Assembly (NCBI GenBank): GCA_037379345.1
Contig: CM074520.1
Coordinates: 38,164,664-38,228,663, forward strand
DNA: 64,000 nt
From: Perna viridis
Taxonomy: Eukaryota
Direction: 5' to 3'
In this document: positions 1 to 12,980 of the stretch, piece after piece
Position numbering within the stretch: position 1 is the first letter of the stretch
Layout: each line of letters begins with the position of its first letter
Made by a program: the position numbers and the translations under genes
Notes under the pieces: generated by a model
Databases searched by the model: none
Told to the model about the DNA's origin: nothing
The model's input: only the letters and a program-made list of their open reading frames with translations

Positions 1-1175
1 AAAATAATTCTTCCTTTTCTGTCAATTTGTAGTCTTCACTATCGTCAGTCAATATTGCAGCTCCTCTATCAGCGCTAATAGATTGTTACACATATTGAAG
101 TGGAATTTCAAACAATCTATTCATTACTTTTATAAAGAGTTTTTTTTTTTTTTCTAATAACTATCTCGTCATATTCAGATGTAAATATCGTATTCGTTAA
201 TAAAGGATGTCTTGTTTTATGTAAGAACCTGTAATTGTTTAATCGTTTTCTCAGACCAGGGACAATTCTAACATGTTTTGTTCTACATATATTACTTACT
301 TCTGTAGACATTCTGTAGAGTAGATGATATATATCGCAACGTTTTTGTACTCCTATTGTAATGAATATGACTATTGTTATATATCAACATCTTGCAACAT
401 AAATTTAAGCAAACGGTAGACAGCAATTCGACAAATTGGGCATATATAACACTAATAATCAGCGTTTCTAACTTTTATACAAATAGACACTCACAAGATA
501 AGAGATTGAGTCTATGCCAATGTCCTCTCTCCCAAATCGTGTAGAATATATGATACATACTCCAACTATATATTTAGAAAACTAAATGTATTTTGTCATA
601 TTAGAATGATTATAATTCATAATTAAATAATATCAAAGTCTGTTAGAGATTTACCATAATACTTTATGTGTTTGACTTTTAGGATTTTTTTTAAAAGTGA
701 TAAACATTTTGTTGTAAGAGACAATTCATTACCATTATTATTCGTCATTAACAACAATGCGTTGATTAACTATATAATCCTTATTTATGGATGTTTTGAT
801 GTTTGATAAAAAGAACATAAAATGCAGAAAACTGCATTATGAAGGACAATTTGAATACCTTGTGATTAAACAATTTGTCGATTTTGATATTTGATTATGC
901 GATGAACAATAATATAATTAACATTATATTACATTGCATGCTTACTTCTTCACAAACCTTAGTGAATAAATATTATTTTCCCCACAAATATATAAAACAA
1001 AGATCATATATCGTTCAACGATAACAGTTAATAAAAGAAATTCATATTGGTATCCAATTGCCTATTTTAACAAAAGACGTTAAATGAAGACAGCGGGTTG
1101 TTTAACCCGTATTGAACAAGCGTGTGTCAAATGAGCTATAGACCGATATAATAATATATATAATCAAATAGAATA

Positions 1176-1280
1176 GAGGACGCTTACCCTACCGGTGCAC
1201 CTGGTCCATCTCCCAGTTTTTTAGTGGAGTCCGAGTTGCTCATTTACTTTTGTTATTTTGTATGTGTTTTTATGTTTTAA
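1176..1280 (+). mobile_element. Penelope-like (Naiad-type) retroelement 3' UTR fragment
   Basis: gaggacgcttaccctaccggtgcacctggtcc...ggagtccgagttgctcat matches the sequence downstream of the RT ORF in the 62151-64000 copy. Confidence 0.85.
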
Positions 1281-3589
1281 TGTCATTATTATCTTAAGCA
1301 GTCATGTCGTTATTGTGTAGACATTTTTATGTTTTTATTGTTTATCAAGCATACAGGATATTGATTTGTTCCATGTTGGCGTTAGATGAATATGTCATTT
1401 AGTCTGTATATACATGTATTTATCGAAAAGTAAAGATACAAGTATAAACGTAGTGATTAATGTAAGAATGCAATTACCTTTGATAGTCTTACTTGTATTG
1501 AGCAGTTGTAATATCATAGTAAATATATAAATGTTTTCTTCTTTTTTTATATATATATATGATTCTATGGAAATTGATGGGCAACTGGAGAATATTGCGT
1601 TTTCTAAAACATATACTTGTTCACATAGCGGTGATTTTGAAACAATCGCCCGGCGACTTCAGATATGTTGAAATGAAGCGGATACGTGTGAAAATATAGT
1701 TGCGATAGCAGAGTACGCTTAGTATGCAGCGACTTTACATTTGGTGTAAATTTGATTTGTTTAAGAGATTGCATGTTTATACACGTACAATTTGAACTTT
1801 CTTAAGCATTTGTTTTATAAAGGTACACGAGGTATTATATATATATTTGAAGTAGATGAACAATATGCAAAAAATGATGAATTTTTGCTCCATACATGAA
1901 TTAAAAAAAAAAGACAATTAAAAATGTCATAGTGATTTTAGATACTAGATATAATTTGACAATTTTAGTATATGTTAACTTTTTTGTTCCCCTTGATGGA
2001 AATGAAATATAATTCAAACGTATAATTGATATCCAAGTAGTCACAGTCTGCATGTTGCCATGGTAATCATATTAAAGGAAATTTTCTTGTCAAATGAATA
2101 AATATCATTGTGATTTTCTAACTACAGTTCTGTTATATATTTGAATTCGCTTAAAATAAATAAAAGAGTCTTAGCTATTTTGTGATAAATTTAGTGGTTT
2201 TAGAACTAATTGTTAAATCGGATACTTCGATGAGCATAATTTATTGACGTGTTTATAATGCTTAATTAAACTGAAGTGAATATTGTCTTCAAAGCACAAT
2301 AAACATAATCCAAGGGACGATCAAGAATTACAAAATAATGCGCGCAAGCAAATACAAAATATACAAAGCATATAGAGTACCCTTTCTCTACAAATATATA
2401 TTATCATTATTGTTCCCATTAGTTTGTTTTCCATTTAATCTGACATACCCTATGTATTGCAGTTTGTCCTTTTTGTTCTTCAAAAACTGAAAGTCATTAT
2501 CTAAAACAAATCATAAATGGATAAACGTGAGTCGTTGATTTTCTTATCAATAGTAACTTGCGGTGAAATATCTGTCGTAATGTAATTTTTTTTTATCTAT
2601 TTTGTATCTCTTGGATAGTCTTTACAGTATATCAGTAAAACACCCCAATGACAATATGCGACTGAATACTACACACCGGTTTGACACAAAGAGCCATAAT
2701 TTGGACTGACAAACAGTATAACCAATTTGTGATAATTAACACTTTGGATCAGAAATGAGATGGAGTAGATGCAGTTTTATTTTTTACGTAACTTTGAGTC
2801 CTAGCAATTGTTTGCGATATCCAGCAAGTAAACATTGAAGAACTGGCAAACGATTTTCTGATCGTGCATCTCGGTTTGATCACAAACAAAAACCACTATT
2901 ATAGAATCAAAGTAAAGTATCTCAAACAAATATTAAGAAAATATGTATATCAAGCCTTAAAAATACAAAACTTTCATTAAGACCAGATTTTGGTATTAAA
3001 TTTCTGATATTCATTTAGTCAAATGTAAATATCAGATCCGTTTGAAGCCTTCAAGTGAGTGAATGTACAATACATGTAGTTTTATTATCAAATTAAAGAA
3101 AAAAATAAAACAAACTACTGCCCTCCTCCAAAATTTTCGATTGAAAATTCTTAATATTTGGAGACTTTAATTGGACAGTATAGACCGACAAGACCTCAAA
3201 GGACTGTTTCTGAAGTAGGCATTTCCTTAAAACCTTGTTGTAATGCAACAACATCTTACTAATTTTTCTCTTTTTTTTCTGTAGAAAATATGAATCAGTC
3301 ATGACTATTTCTCTTTTTTTTAAATATAAATAGTGTTATCTTTGATGAGACATTTCAAATTGGTGATTAATCTCAATTCATAGTTTGACTTGTATTGAGC
3401 TGTTTATAAAGTAATATTTTATTAAATATCTAGCAATTTTCTTGTTTTTATCTATATCATATATGGGTACATTTTATAAATAAATCGCCAATTTATGTTC
3501 AAGTTTGTTCTATATAGTAATAAAATCACCGAACTGATAAAATCAAGATAGTAGTCAAAAGAACAAGTCTACATAATTAATACTTAATA

Positions 3590-3718
3590 NNNNNNNNNNN
3601 NNNNNNNNNNNNNNNNNNNNNNNNNNNNNNNNNNNNNNNNNNNNNNNNNNNNNNNNNNNNNNNNNNNNNNNNNNNNNNNNNNNNNNNNNNNNNNNNNNNN
3701 NNNNNNNNNNNNNNNNNN
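3590..3718. other. Assembly gap (N run)
   Basis: run of n. Confidence 1.
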
Positions 3719-6700
3719 CCATTCAGTGTCTTATGAAATCTTAATAAAAACAAATAAACACACAAACAAACAAAAACAAGAACAAAAAGCAACAAAAAAT
3801 AATAAACAAACAAAAACTGTAAAAACCTTACAGTTAAGCTTATAATTCAATGTCGTATGCATTAAGCAGACTTTTGGAAATATGAAATCTGTAATATTCA
3901 TGTTTTGATGGGTTTTTTTTATTACAAATCAATCAAAGCATGAATTTTACAGATTTCATATTTCATATATCTCAATACCAATGCTTTTGCGAAATGAGTT
4001 GTATTTGTTTAATTAGATAAACACATCTGCCTAATTTCTCCTATGATTAAGAATCAAACTACAACATATTTACGTTTATGTTGATTCTTATTTTGTTCCA
4101 TAATATTTATTTTCACTTTTTGGGTGAAACAGAGTTTCTAGTTAGCTATTTGCTGCACATTTCAAATACGTTTTAGGAGTTTATTGTCTGTTTTATTTAT
4201 TAATTTACTCTACATTTCGTTAATGATGTTATTCCCTCTGTAATGTACAATCCACTCATAAAAAGAAGCATTTACCTCTCTTATATTTAGTCAGTAGGAA
4301 CTTATATTTTTAATTCTGTTCACTTTGTGTTCTGGATGTTATTTAGGTAGGTCAAGAGGACCTAAGACGTACATCTTCATCAGGTACTCTAGCTTCTCAT
4401 AGCCATAGAGTCACATATATTTTATTTTGACAGAGAGTACTTCATCAATTTCTGAAAAAAAAATACCAATTTACCAACGTATGGATATTTTGCGTCTATA
4501 TTCAGTGATATGTTCTTGTCTCTTTATGCTGTTGGTGATACTGTGATAGACTGTAAACGTTGATCATTCTCTTATAACTTACCCAAAGCATTACACATAA
4601 CAAGTAAAGTAGTGCCCCACCTGTATTTTCATCAGGTCTTCGTCTGTTACGCATCTTGTTATAAGCGATTAACAGCTTATCTTGAGGTATTTACGGGTTC
4701 GATATTTTACAAGCTGTTAATGCCACAGAAACATGGAACCATACAATCTACATTTGCATTTAATTTACTTTGGTCCATGACGTGTTTTTTTGTCTTTAAT
4801 TCATGTATGGAGTCATGATAATTTGTATTGTATCCAACAGTTGTCCTATAGTAACATTTTGCCAATCAAACGATGTTCTGTTCTCATTATATTTTACTGT
4901 GTACCATATCTTTTATTGATATAAACATATAATTTAGATTTTTCTTTTACAAACAAGTTATACTATTTCAATTTCTCTTGCTTTATTGGTTAAGATCCAA
5001 ATAACTCAGATATTACAAATTCATAGTTGAGATAGTTGTGATGATAATACACCTATAATTTATATTAATTCTAAACTGTAAAGAAAATGAATCCATAGAT
5101 ATGTCTTAACTAACAAAAGTAAACAGCATGTCAAATTCACAAACATTTTTTTCTATGTGCTATTACTTTTAATTTCTTTTTTTTATTTTGACAAATTTGA
5201 AGGGAAAAATGGTCACTATTAACATTTTCAAGAAAATGAGAAGCTTTACAATTTTTCAACGACACATTGCATGAATCCTCGTTATCATTTTAATAAGTAG
5301 ATTAAAACAGTAACTTCTGATAAATTCAAATTCAACCCCACCCCCCCCCCCCCAAACAAAAAATAGATTTAGAAATCAAAGGTAATATTTGGCTACATTT
5401 CAAAGTCATATAATGAGCCGACACAAAAATTTGTGTTGTTACAAACATGCATTCTATTTATGGCCTTGATCTTGTTTTACCACAAAATATATTTGTTAAC
5501 TTGTTTTTGTTTGTTTTTTGTGTTTCTTTCTGTGTTTGCTTTGTACTTGTAGATATATTATGTCTCAGTATAAACATTTTCACCGGTTGATGTCATTTTT
5601 CTTCAATTAGAAGATAGCGATTTGATTTCCAGAGTAATGTTTTATTGAATAGATATTGATACACAGAATATAGTGAATTGATCCCTTTACGTTACATACC
5701 ACTAATTCAACCAATGAGCTTTTAGAACGTACTTCAATATAGTCCTACACTAGGTTAAGTGCACTTGTGCTATGTTGCTGTGGAAAAAGTGCACATGAGA
5801 TCAATACACGTGAGCTTGTGTTTTGCAGGAATTATATTTATTTCATTTCTACATAAAATGGTTACTGCAACTTACTGAATTAAATATTTTGTATGAGCAC
5901 TGCATGAAGACCCTTTTTTATGAAATGGAGGGGATTTCCCATGCCATTTTTAATCATTGACTTCTAGGAGTCAGTGTCACAATGCAAGGTAGTAAACCCC
6001 AAATAATATTTTCAGGGCTTTTAGTGTAAACATGCAGATTTTAGGTGTTACATAGTCTTCCTCGGGTTAAACTTCAGGTAACAGATCCATAACACATTGA
6101 ACTTAGTGTACTTAGCATTGGAAAAGCGACATTACTGGTTTGTAGTCAGAAAGTAATTTTTACTGCTTCGTATTCAAAGATAGATTATGTCACTTTGTGT
6201 TGCGAAATTGTAAAGTGAACCTTTCTCTTATTATTAATTACAATTTAATATTAGTATCAAGCATCCGGAGTACACCTACATTTTGTTTCATTGTACGCTG
6301 AAGGCCATTAGAGAAATCTTTATATAATAGTTCATTTCATCATACCTTGTAAAAATTATGTTCATTAACCAATGTATAACAATGATTATTCATCAAACCT
6401 GTGTATCCATTTTCTTTTGTTTACTAGTAATTCATATATCTAGATAACAAAATCTTTCAAAATTTAGTGTATTAATACTTGCAAAGTGTTTATACTTCAT
6501 CGATATTGTCTAAATATATTTTAGAGTATTTTGAAGATGTTCAAAAAATTACTTAACAACGTATTTTAACAATTCTTATCACGATTAAAATTTCATCAAC
6601 ACTAAAAGCGATTGACCATCAAGTAATGTATGCTACTTAAAATTGAAAAGTACATAATGCTAAGCAGACTCCAATGATTCAAAAAATACGAAGTGTCCGA

Positions 6701-7213
6701 TACAGGCTTTAAGTTGGCTAACACCAAATATATACATAATTCTCTATGAATTACTCCCTTGACTAGCTGCAATGATGTTGATAAATATTAGCGCCTTTAT
6801 GAGGTAACGAATGTGTTCAATGTTCCACAACAGTTTACGCAGAATCATATTTTACTCTCCCTTTTCATATTGATACAGTCAAATATATTTTTTGTTTTGA
6901 CAGAGAGTACTTCATCAATTTATAAATAATACTGATTTACCGAAGTATGAATAGTTTGCATTTATATAGAGTAATATGTTCTTGTCTCTTCATGCTGTTG
7001 GTGATATCGTGATGTGGAATAACGATTATCATGGAAAACCTACAAATATACCGGAAACGTTAATCCTTAACTAAACACAATGTATTACACGTAACAAGTA
7101 AAGTAGTGATACACATACATTTTTTTTTCTGCAGATTTTTCTCGGATAATTTTTAACAAATTTCAGGCCATTGACTATAATCAAAATCAAACGACTTTGT
7201 TTCAGGCAAGTAG

Positions 7214-8356
7214 TAGTACCGCTATAGTACCGCTATAGTACCTCCATAGTAACGCTATAGTACCGCTATAGTACAGCTATAGTACCTCTATAGTACCACT
7301 ATAGTACCGCTGTAGTACCGCTATAGTACCGCTATAGTACCTCCATAGTAACGCTATAGTACCGCTATAGTACAGCTATAGTACCGCTATAGTACCGCTA
7401 TAGTACAGCTATAGTACAGCTATAGTACCGCTATAGTACCTCCATAGTAACGCTATAGTACCGCTATAGTACAGCTATAGTACCGCTACAGTACCGCTAT
7501 AGTACAGCTATAGTACCGCTATAGTACCTCCATAGTAACGCTATAGTACCGCTATAGTACAGCTATAGTACCGCTACAGTACCGCTATAGTACAGCTATA
7601 GTACCGCTATAATACAGCTATTGTACCGCTATAGTACCGCTATAGGACAGCTATTGTACAGCTATAGTACCGCTATAGTACCGCTATAGTACCGTTATAG
7701 TACAGCTATAGTACCGCTATAGTACCAATATATTTTTTGCAAATATTTCTGAAAAAAATACACAAAGTAGTGAAATTTCAGGCCATTGACTATAATCAAA
7801 ATCAAACGACTTAATTTCAAGCAAGAAGTAGTACAGCTATAGTACCGCTACAGTACCACTATAGTATCTCTTTAGTACCGCTATAGTACCGCTATAGTAC
7901 CACTATAATATCTCTTTAGTACCGCTATAGTACCGCTACAGTACCACTATAATATCTCTTTAGTACCGCTATAGTACCGCTATAGTACCTCTTTAGTACC
8001 GCTATAGTACCGCTGTAGTACCGCTACAGTACCACTATAGTACAGCTATAGTACCGCTATAGTACCGCTATAGAACCGCTATAGTACTGCTATAGTACCG
8101 CTATAGTACAGCTATAGCACCGCTATAGTACAGCTATAGTACCGCTATAGTACCGCTGCTGTACCGCTATAGTACCGCTATATTACAGCTATAGTACCGC
8201 TATAGTACCTCTTTAGTACCGCTATAGTACCGCTTTAGTACCGCTATAGTACCTCTATAGTACCGCCATAGTACCGCTATAGTACCACTATAGTACCGCT
8301 ATAGTACCACTATAGTACCGCTATGGTACCGCTATAGTACCTCTATAGTACCGCTA
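7214..8356. repeat. 11-bp minisatellite (TAGTACCGCTA)n in two arrays (7214-7727, 7829-8356) separated by duplicated flanks
   Basis: direct reading; unit variants ACCGCT/ACAGCT/ACCACT/ACCTCT; spacer 7728-7828 = right flank followed by left flank. Confidence 0.97.
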
Positions 8357-9159
8357 TATTTTTTGCAAATTTTTCTGAAAAAAATACACAAAGTTTAGTG
8401 CAGAGAAAGCATAATTAATTGTACGAAAATACAAATGGCCGGAGACTTTGAAGTATATTTCGACCATTTTCTATGAATTAAAAATTTTGCTTCATCAAAC
8501 CTTGCAACGTTAACACATGGATTTGGTTATCTACCTTAATATGATGCATTTCTTGCCATTTGAAACAACTGCATTGATATTCATAATATTGAGTAAACAT
8601 TTATCTTGCAAAAGTCGGAGCATTGTTAGCTAGATCAGTTTAACTGCCTATATACGACATCAAATAATCATGAAATTTGCAATTCATTTTAACTTATGTC
8701 TAAAATATATATGTAATCACATATTTCAAGTCCATCCTCTATAATGACACTAATGAGAAAAGAGGTTTTCTATGTTGCATTGTATATGAACATTTTAGCA
8801 ATGAACCGTACTGCAGTCTGGTCTTCCTCTGTTTACGCATCTTGCTATAACCGATTAACAGCGTATTTTAAGGCATCTACGCGTTATTTCTCTTATAACT
8901 TAACACAAAGCATTACACGTAACAAGTAAAGTAGTGCCCAAACCTGTATTTTCATCAGGTCTTCGTCTGTTACGCATCTTGTTATAAGGGATTAACAGAT
9001 TATTTTGAGGTATTTACGGGTTCCATATTTTACAAGCTGTTAATACCACAGAAACGTGAAACCATGCACTCTACATTCGCATTTAATTTACTGTTGATTT
9101 CAAGGAAGTGTGTTTTTTTTTGTTATGTTTTTTGTTTTGAACAAAAGACAGGAACTATA

Positions 9160-9337
9160 TATTTGTATCTAGGTGTACCATCTTTTTCTTTAAAAAAAAA
9201 CGACGATGTATAATGTTTTCAAGTCGGAATTTTAACTGAGTATGGGGAATAGAAGTAAACAGTGTTGAAAAATCATAGGTTTTAATGCTTTATATTCTGA
9301 TAATAGTCTTGAACAGATTGTCTCCACAAGATCTTTA
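9160..9337 (-). mobile_element. Internal RT-region fragment of the Penelope-like element
   Basis: gaactatatatttgtatctaggtgtaccatc...gattgtctcc matches 63139-63320. Confidence 0.85.
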
Positions 9338-12300
9338 AAAAAACATTTAACAATGTATTTAAACAATTCTTTTCATGATTAATATTTCATAAACATTAAG
9401 CGCGATTGACCATCAAGTAATTTATGTTACTTATAACTGAAAAATGTATATACTTCTAAGCACACTCCAATGATTCACAAAATACGAAGTGTCCAATATC
9501 CTTCCAGGCTTTGAGCTGACTAACACAAAATATATTCATAATTCTATATAAAATTACTCCCTTGACAAGCTGCAATGATGTCAGTATATTGAAATGAGTT
9601 AACCGTTATCCAATATGTCTATATTGAACGTGCTATAGAGTCATTGATAACGTGCGATTTATCCATTGATAAATGGTTCGATTGGTGTTTACCAAAGTTT
9701 ATATATGAACAAAATGGTAAAATAGTTTTAATGGTATGTTGATAGATATCAGCTTCTTTATGAGGTTACGAAATAGTTCAATATTCCACAACACGTTACG
9801 CAAAATCATACTTTAGTTCGTAGTACATCTGTTTTTAACGTTATTCTCTTAGCAGTAATACGGCTATTTTTTTTAATTTTATTTTCTATTTTTTTCCGAT
9901 GCAGTCGGTGTAGCTTCGCTTGTTTACTCTTTGACCTTAAGGACGCTCTTCTATGGAAACGCAAGTCACCTGATCGCAGTTCTTATTTCCGTTTGGCCAA
10001 ATACTGATAACTTAGTGGCGTTAAAAAACTCTGTATTGAAACTTTGCATTGGCGTTGGGAAAAAACTTTATTGGAACCTTAAAAATTGAGTGGCATGCGT
10101 TATTTTGTTAAAAGAAATGTAGAATTTTAGAAGTAAAAAAGAACATAATTTTACAGCGTCGGCTATCTTTTTTTTAAAGATAGTGCTTGTTTTTACTTAT
10201 ATTCATAATTGTGAACAATTACCCGATAAAATGGTGATTATTGATTAGACAATATGATAACAAATATTTTATAAGAATCTGATTAAAAATGACGTAATTC
10301 AAAGCTTTAAACTTTCTGTGGCTGATTAATTCTCTCCGTACATTGCACTTTATGCTGTGTATAAAAGTAAAACTATTATCTAGTTCAAAATAACCAAACT
10401 TAAATTCTCTTTTCCAATTTTTGACATCAATATTTTTAGCTTTTTGTTTTTTTGTTTTTTGTTTTTGTTTTTCATTAGGTATTTATATAATAAAATTGTC
10501 TTATTTCATTCCGTTTCTAAGAACGTTTTCACTTTTATTGGCTTATGTTTTTCTTGGCTCCTCGTTCTTTTTAAAGACGGTCACCACAACTTTGTTTTAC
10601 CCTCCTTAACAGTTTAAATTCCCTACATTCATTTTCGATAACCTTTCAATTTACCTAATATATATATAAGGTTTGTTTGTTTGTTTTTTTATGTTAATAA
10701 GTAATTTGCTTGTTGGACAACATCAATTGTCTATTACTTCTTTAAATTTTGTTGTTTTTTTTTTAAGGTTAAGACCAGTTATTTTAGCCAATTTTTAATT
10801 ATATCGGTACAGAAATCTGGGATTATCTTTTTAGTTCAATTCTATTTCAGTAATTCTTGATGTCCGTCTTGTTGAACCCTTCTTCACTATATCTGTATGC
10901 AATGACTTGTCTTTTAATTCGTTCAATTTTGCTATTCATTTTTTTTAGGAAATTTCCCTTTCTAAATTGTTTAGTAAATTATCTGAAATTATACTAACGT
11001 TCGCTAAATAGGAAAATTGTGTTAAAACCAACCTTTCAACTATTAATATGTTACTAATTATTGACTGGATTCTTTTCTCTATGATTTGAGTAGGATGTTT
11101 GGCTTTTTCATTTTTTTTTCCATAAAATAAGTCGGTCGCATTTATATTCATCTTTTCCGAAATTCTTCCCTCAAACCTTCACGGGGTTTTTCCGTGAATC
11201 TGATGTCATCAACGTCGTCTTTGCAGAAAAGTTATCGGGCGATATTTATGATCAACTATTTGGCGTTTTTTTTTTTGTATTTCTTTTTGTCTATCCGAGA
11301 TAGTTCCACCGGCATTAGTAGAGTGTTGCACTGATAACAAGATATAAATGAATCTTTTACACCGGTTTGACACAAATAAGCATTGGTTAGGAATGATTCG
11401 GGCTCAAGATAGAAGTTCAATTTACCAATTGAGAAAAAAGGCTGACATATAAAAGATGCAGTGTTTATTTATTTATATTTTTTTTCATATTAGTTAATAT
11501 CGGACTATTTGTTACATCCCTCAAGAAGATATTGCAAATTAATGTTTGATATTTCTCCTTTTAAATTATAACAATGACCGGTTAAAACTTATACATCATT
11601 ACTTAACCAAAGTTAGATATCTTAAAGGTTAATTAAGAGAAGTGTTTATTCAATTTTAGTGAAGTAAATTGGAATGAGTCCATTGTTTTATTGATGGCTA
11701 CTCTTAGGGAAAAATGGAATTTAAACTTATAATTGAAAAAAAATATGTTTCTCTAAACAGACTCCAATGATACACATCATTTTAATATACGAAGTGTTCG
11801 ATATCTGTCCTGGAATTCCGTTAACTCACAATATAATAGAATAGAAATAGAAAAAAAGTGTATACCAAACTACTCTCTTGACCAGCTAAAATGATGTCAG
11901 TAGATTAAAATGAGTTAACCGTTATCAAATGTGTCGATATTGAATGTGATATAGAGTCATTGATAATTTGCGTAAAGAATCAAATGGATCGGTTTGTGTT
12001 TAGCAAGGTTTAAACATGGACAAAATAGTATAATAGCTTCAAATGATGTTGATAGACATCACCACCTTTATAAGATTACTACTGAGTTCACAACACGTTA
12101 CACAGAACCATACCTTAGTTCGGTGCACAACTGTTTTAAATGTCATTCTTATCATTAGCAGTAATGCCGCTACTGATCTGATTTTATTCTGTATGTTTTA
12201 GTTAAATTAAAAATGGTGATCATTTATCCTATAAATTGTTGTTTATTCATTTGACATAAATGCAAATATTTTTTTATGTCATTTGCTGATTACATGAGTA

Positions 12301-12416
12301 TTAATTAAAGTTTAATGAGTAAAATTTTGATATAATTATTTTCTGTTAAGAACTGTTTATTCAATGTTTATCTCAACACAAATCTTACAATATCTTTACC
12401 TTTTGTTTTTTTTCAG

Positions 12417-12425
12417 ATTTCTCGG
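12417..12425 (+). CDS. Predicted 9-nt micro-exon ATTTCTCGG (duplication copy A; phase 2 = F-L-G)
   Basis: ccttttgtttttttttcag|ATTTCTCGG|gtaagt: long pyrimidine tract, CAG acceptor, consensus donor; same size and position as minus-strand exon 54771-54779. Confidence 0.7.
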
Positions 12426-12949
12426 GTAAGTTTTGATATTATATTATAAAATTATTTTATTTTCAAGCATACTTTCATGAATGATTTTAATGGGTTTGTT
12501 TTATCAAAGAAATGTATATTAAGTTATTGCATGTTAGACGAAAATTGTAATTTTAGAAATATGTGCTTACAAAAAGAATCCATTCCAACATACACTAATG
12601 TATTTTCTTAAACATATAATTGTGCACGTGGCGGCGATATTGAAACACGCGCCTGGCGACCTCGGATATGTTGACATGTGACAGATACGTGTGAATATAT
12701 AGAGTACGCCAAGTATGCAGCGACTATGCATTTGGTGTAAATGTAATATGTTTGAGACATTGCATGATTATACACGCACGATTTGAACTTTCTTGAGCAT
12801 TTGCTTTATAAAGCAACACAAGGTATCATCATAGGTATTTGAAGGTAATGAACAATATGCCAAAATTGAGGTATTTTTGCTCCATACAAAAAGAAAAAAA
12901 AAGTTAGAATCAGAATTTGATAGTGACTTTTAAATACCCCCCCCCCCCA

Positions 12950-12980
12950 GACACACACACACACACACCCACACACACAC
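12950..12980. repeat. (CA)n microsatellite
   Basis: direct reading. Confidence 0.9.

Noticed and set aside
4434-4478. Exon after ttttgacag in four module copies
   Set aside because: Lengths to the next GT donor differ between copies (45, 41, 44 nt), so no conserved frame
7214-8356. CRISPR-like array
   Set aside because: Contiguous 11-bp tandem units with no unique spacers, eukaryotic context, no cas genes
10421-11300. Duplicated ORFs 10421/20525 and 10945/21062 as genes
   Set aside because: Shared only through the segmental duplication; low complexity, indels between copies, no recognisable motif
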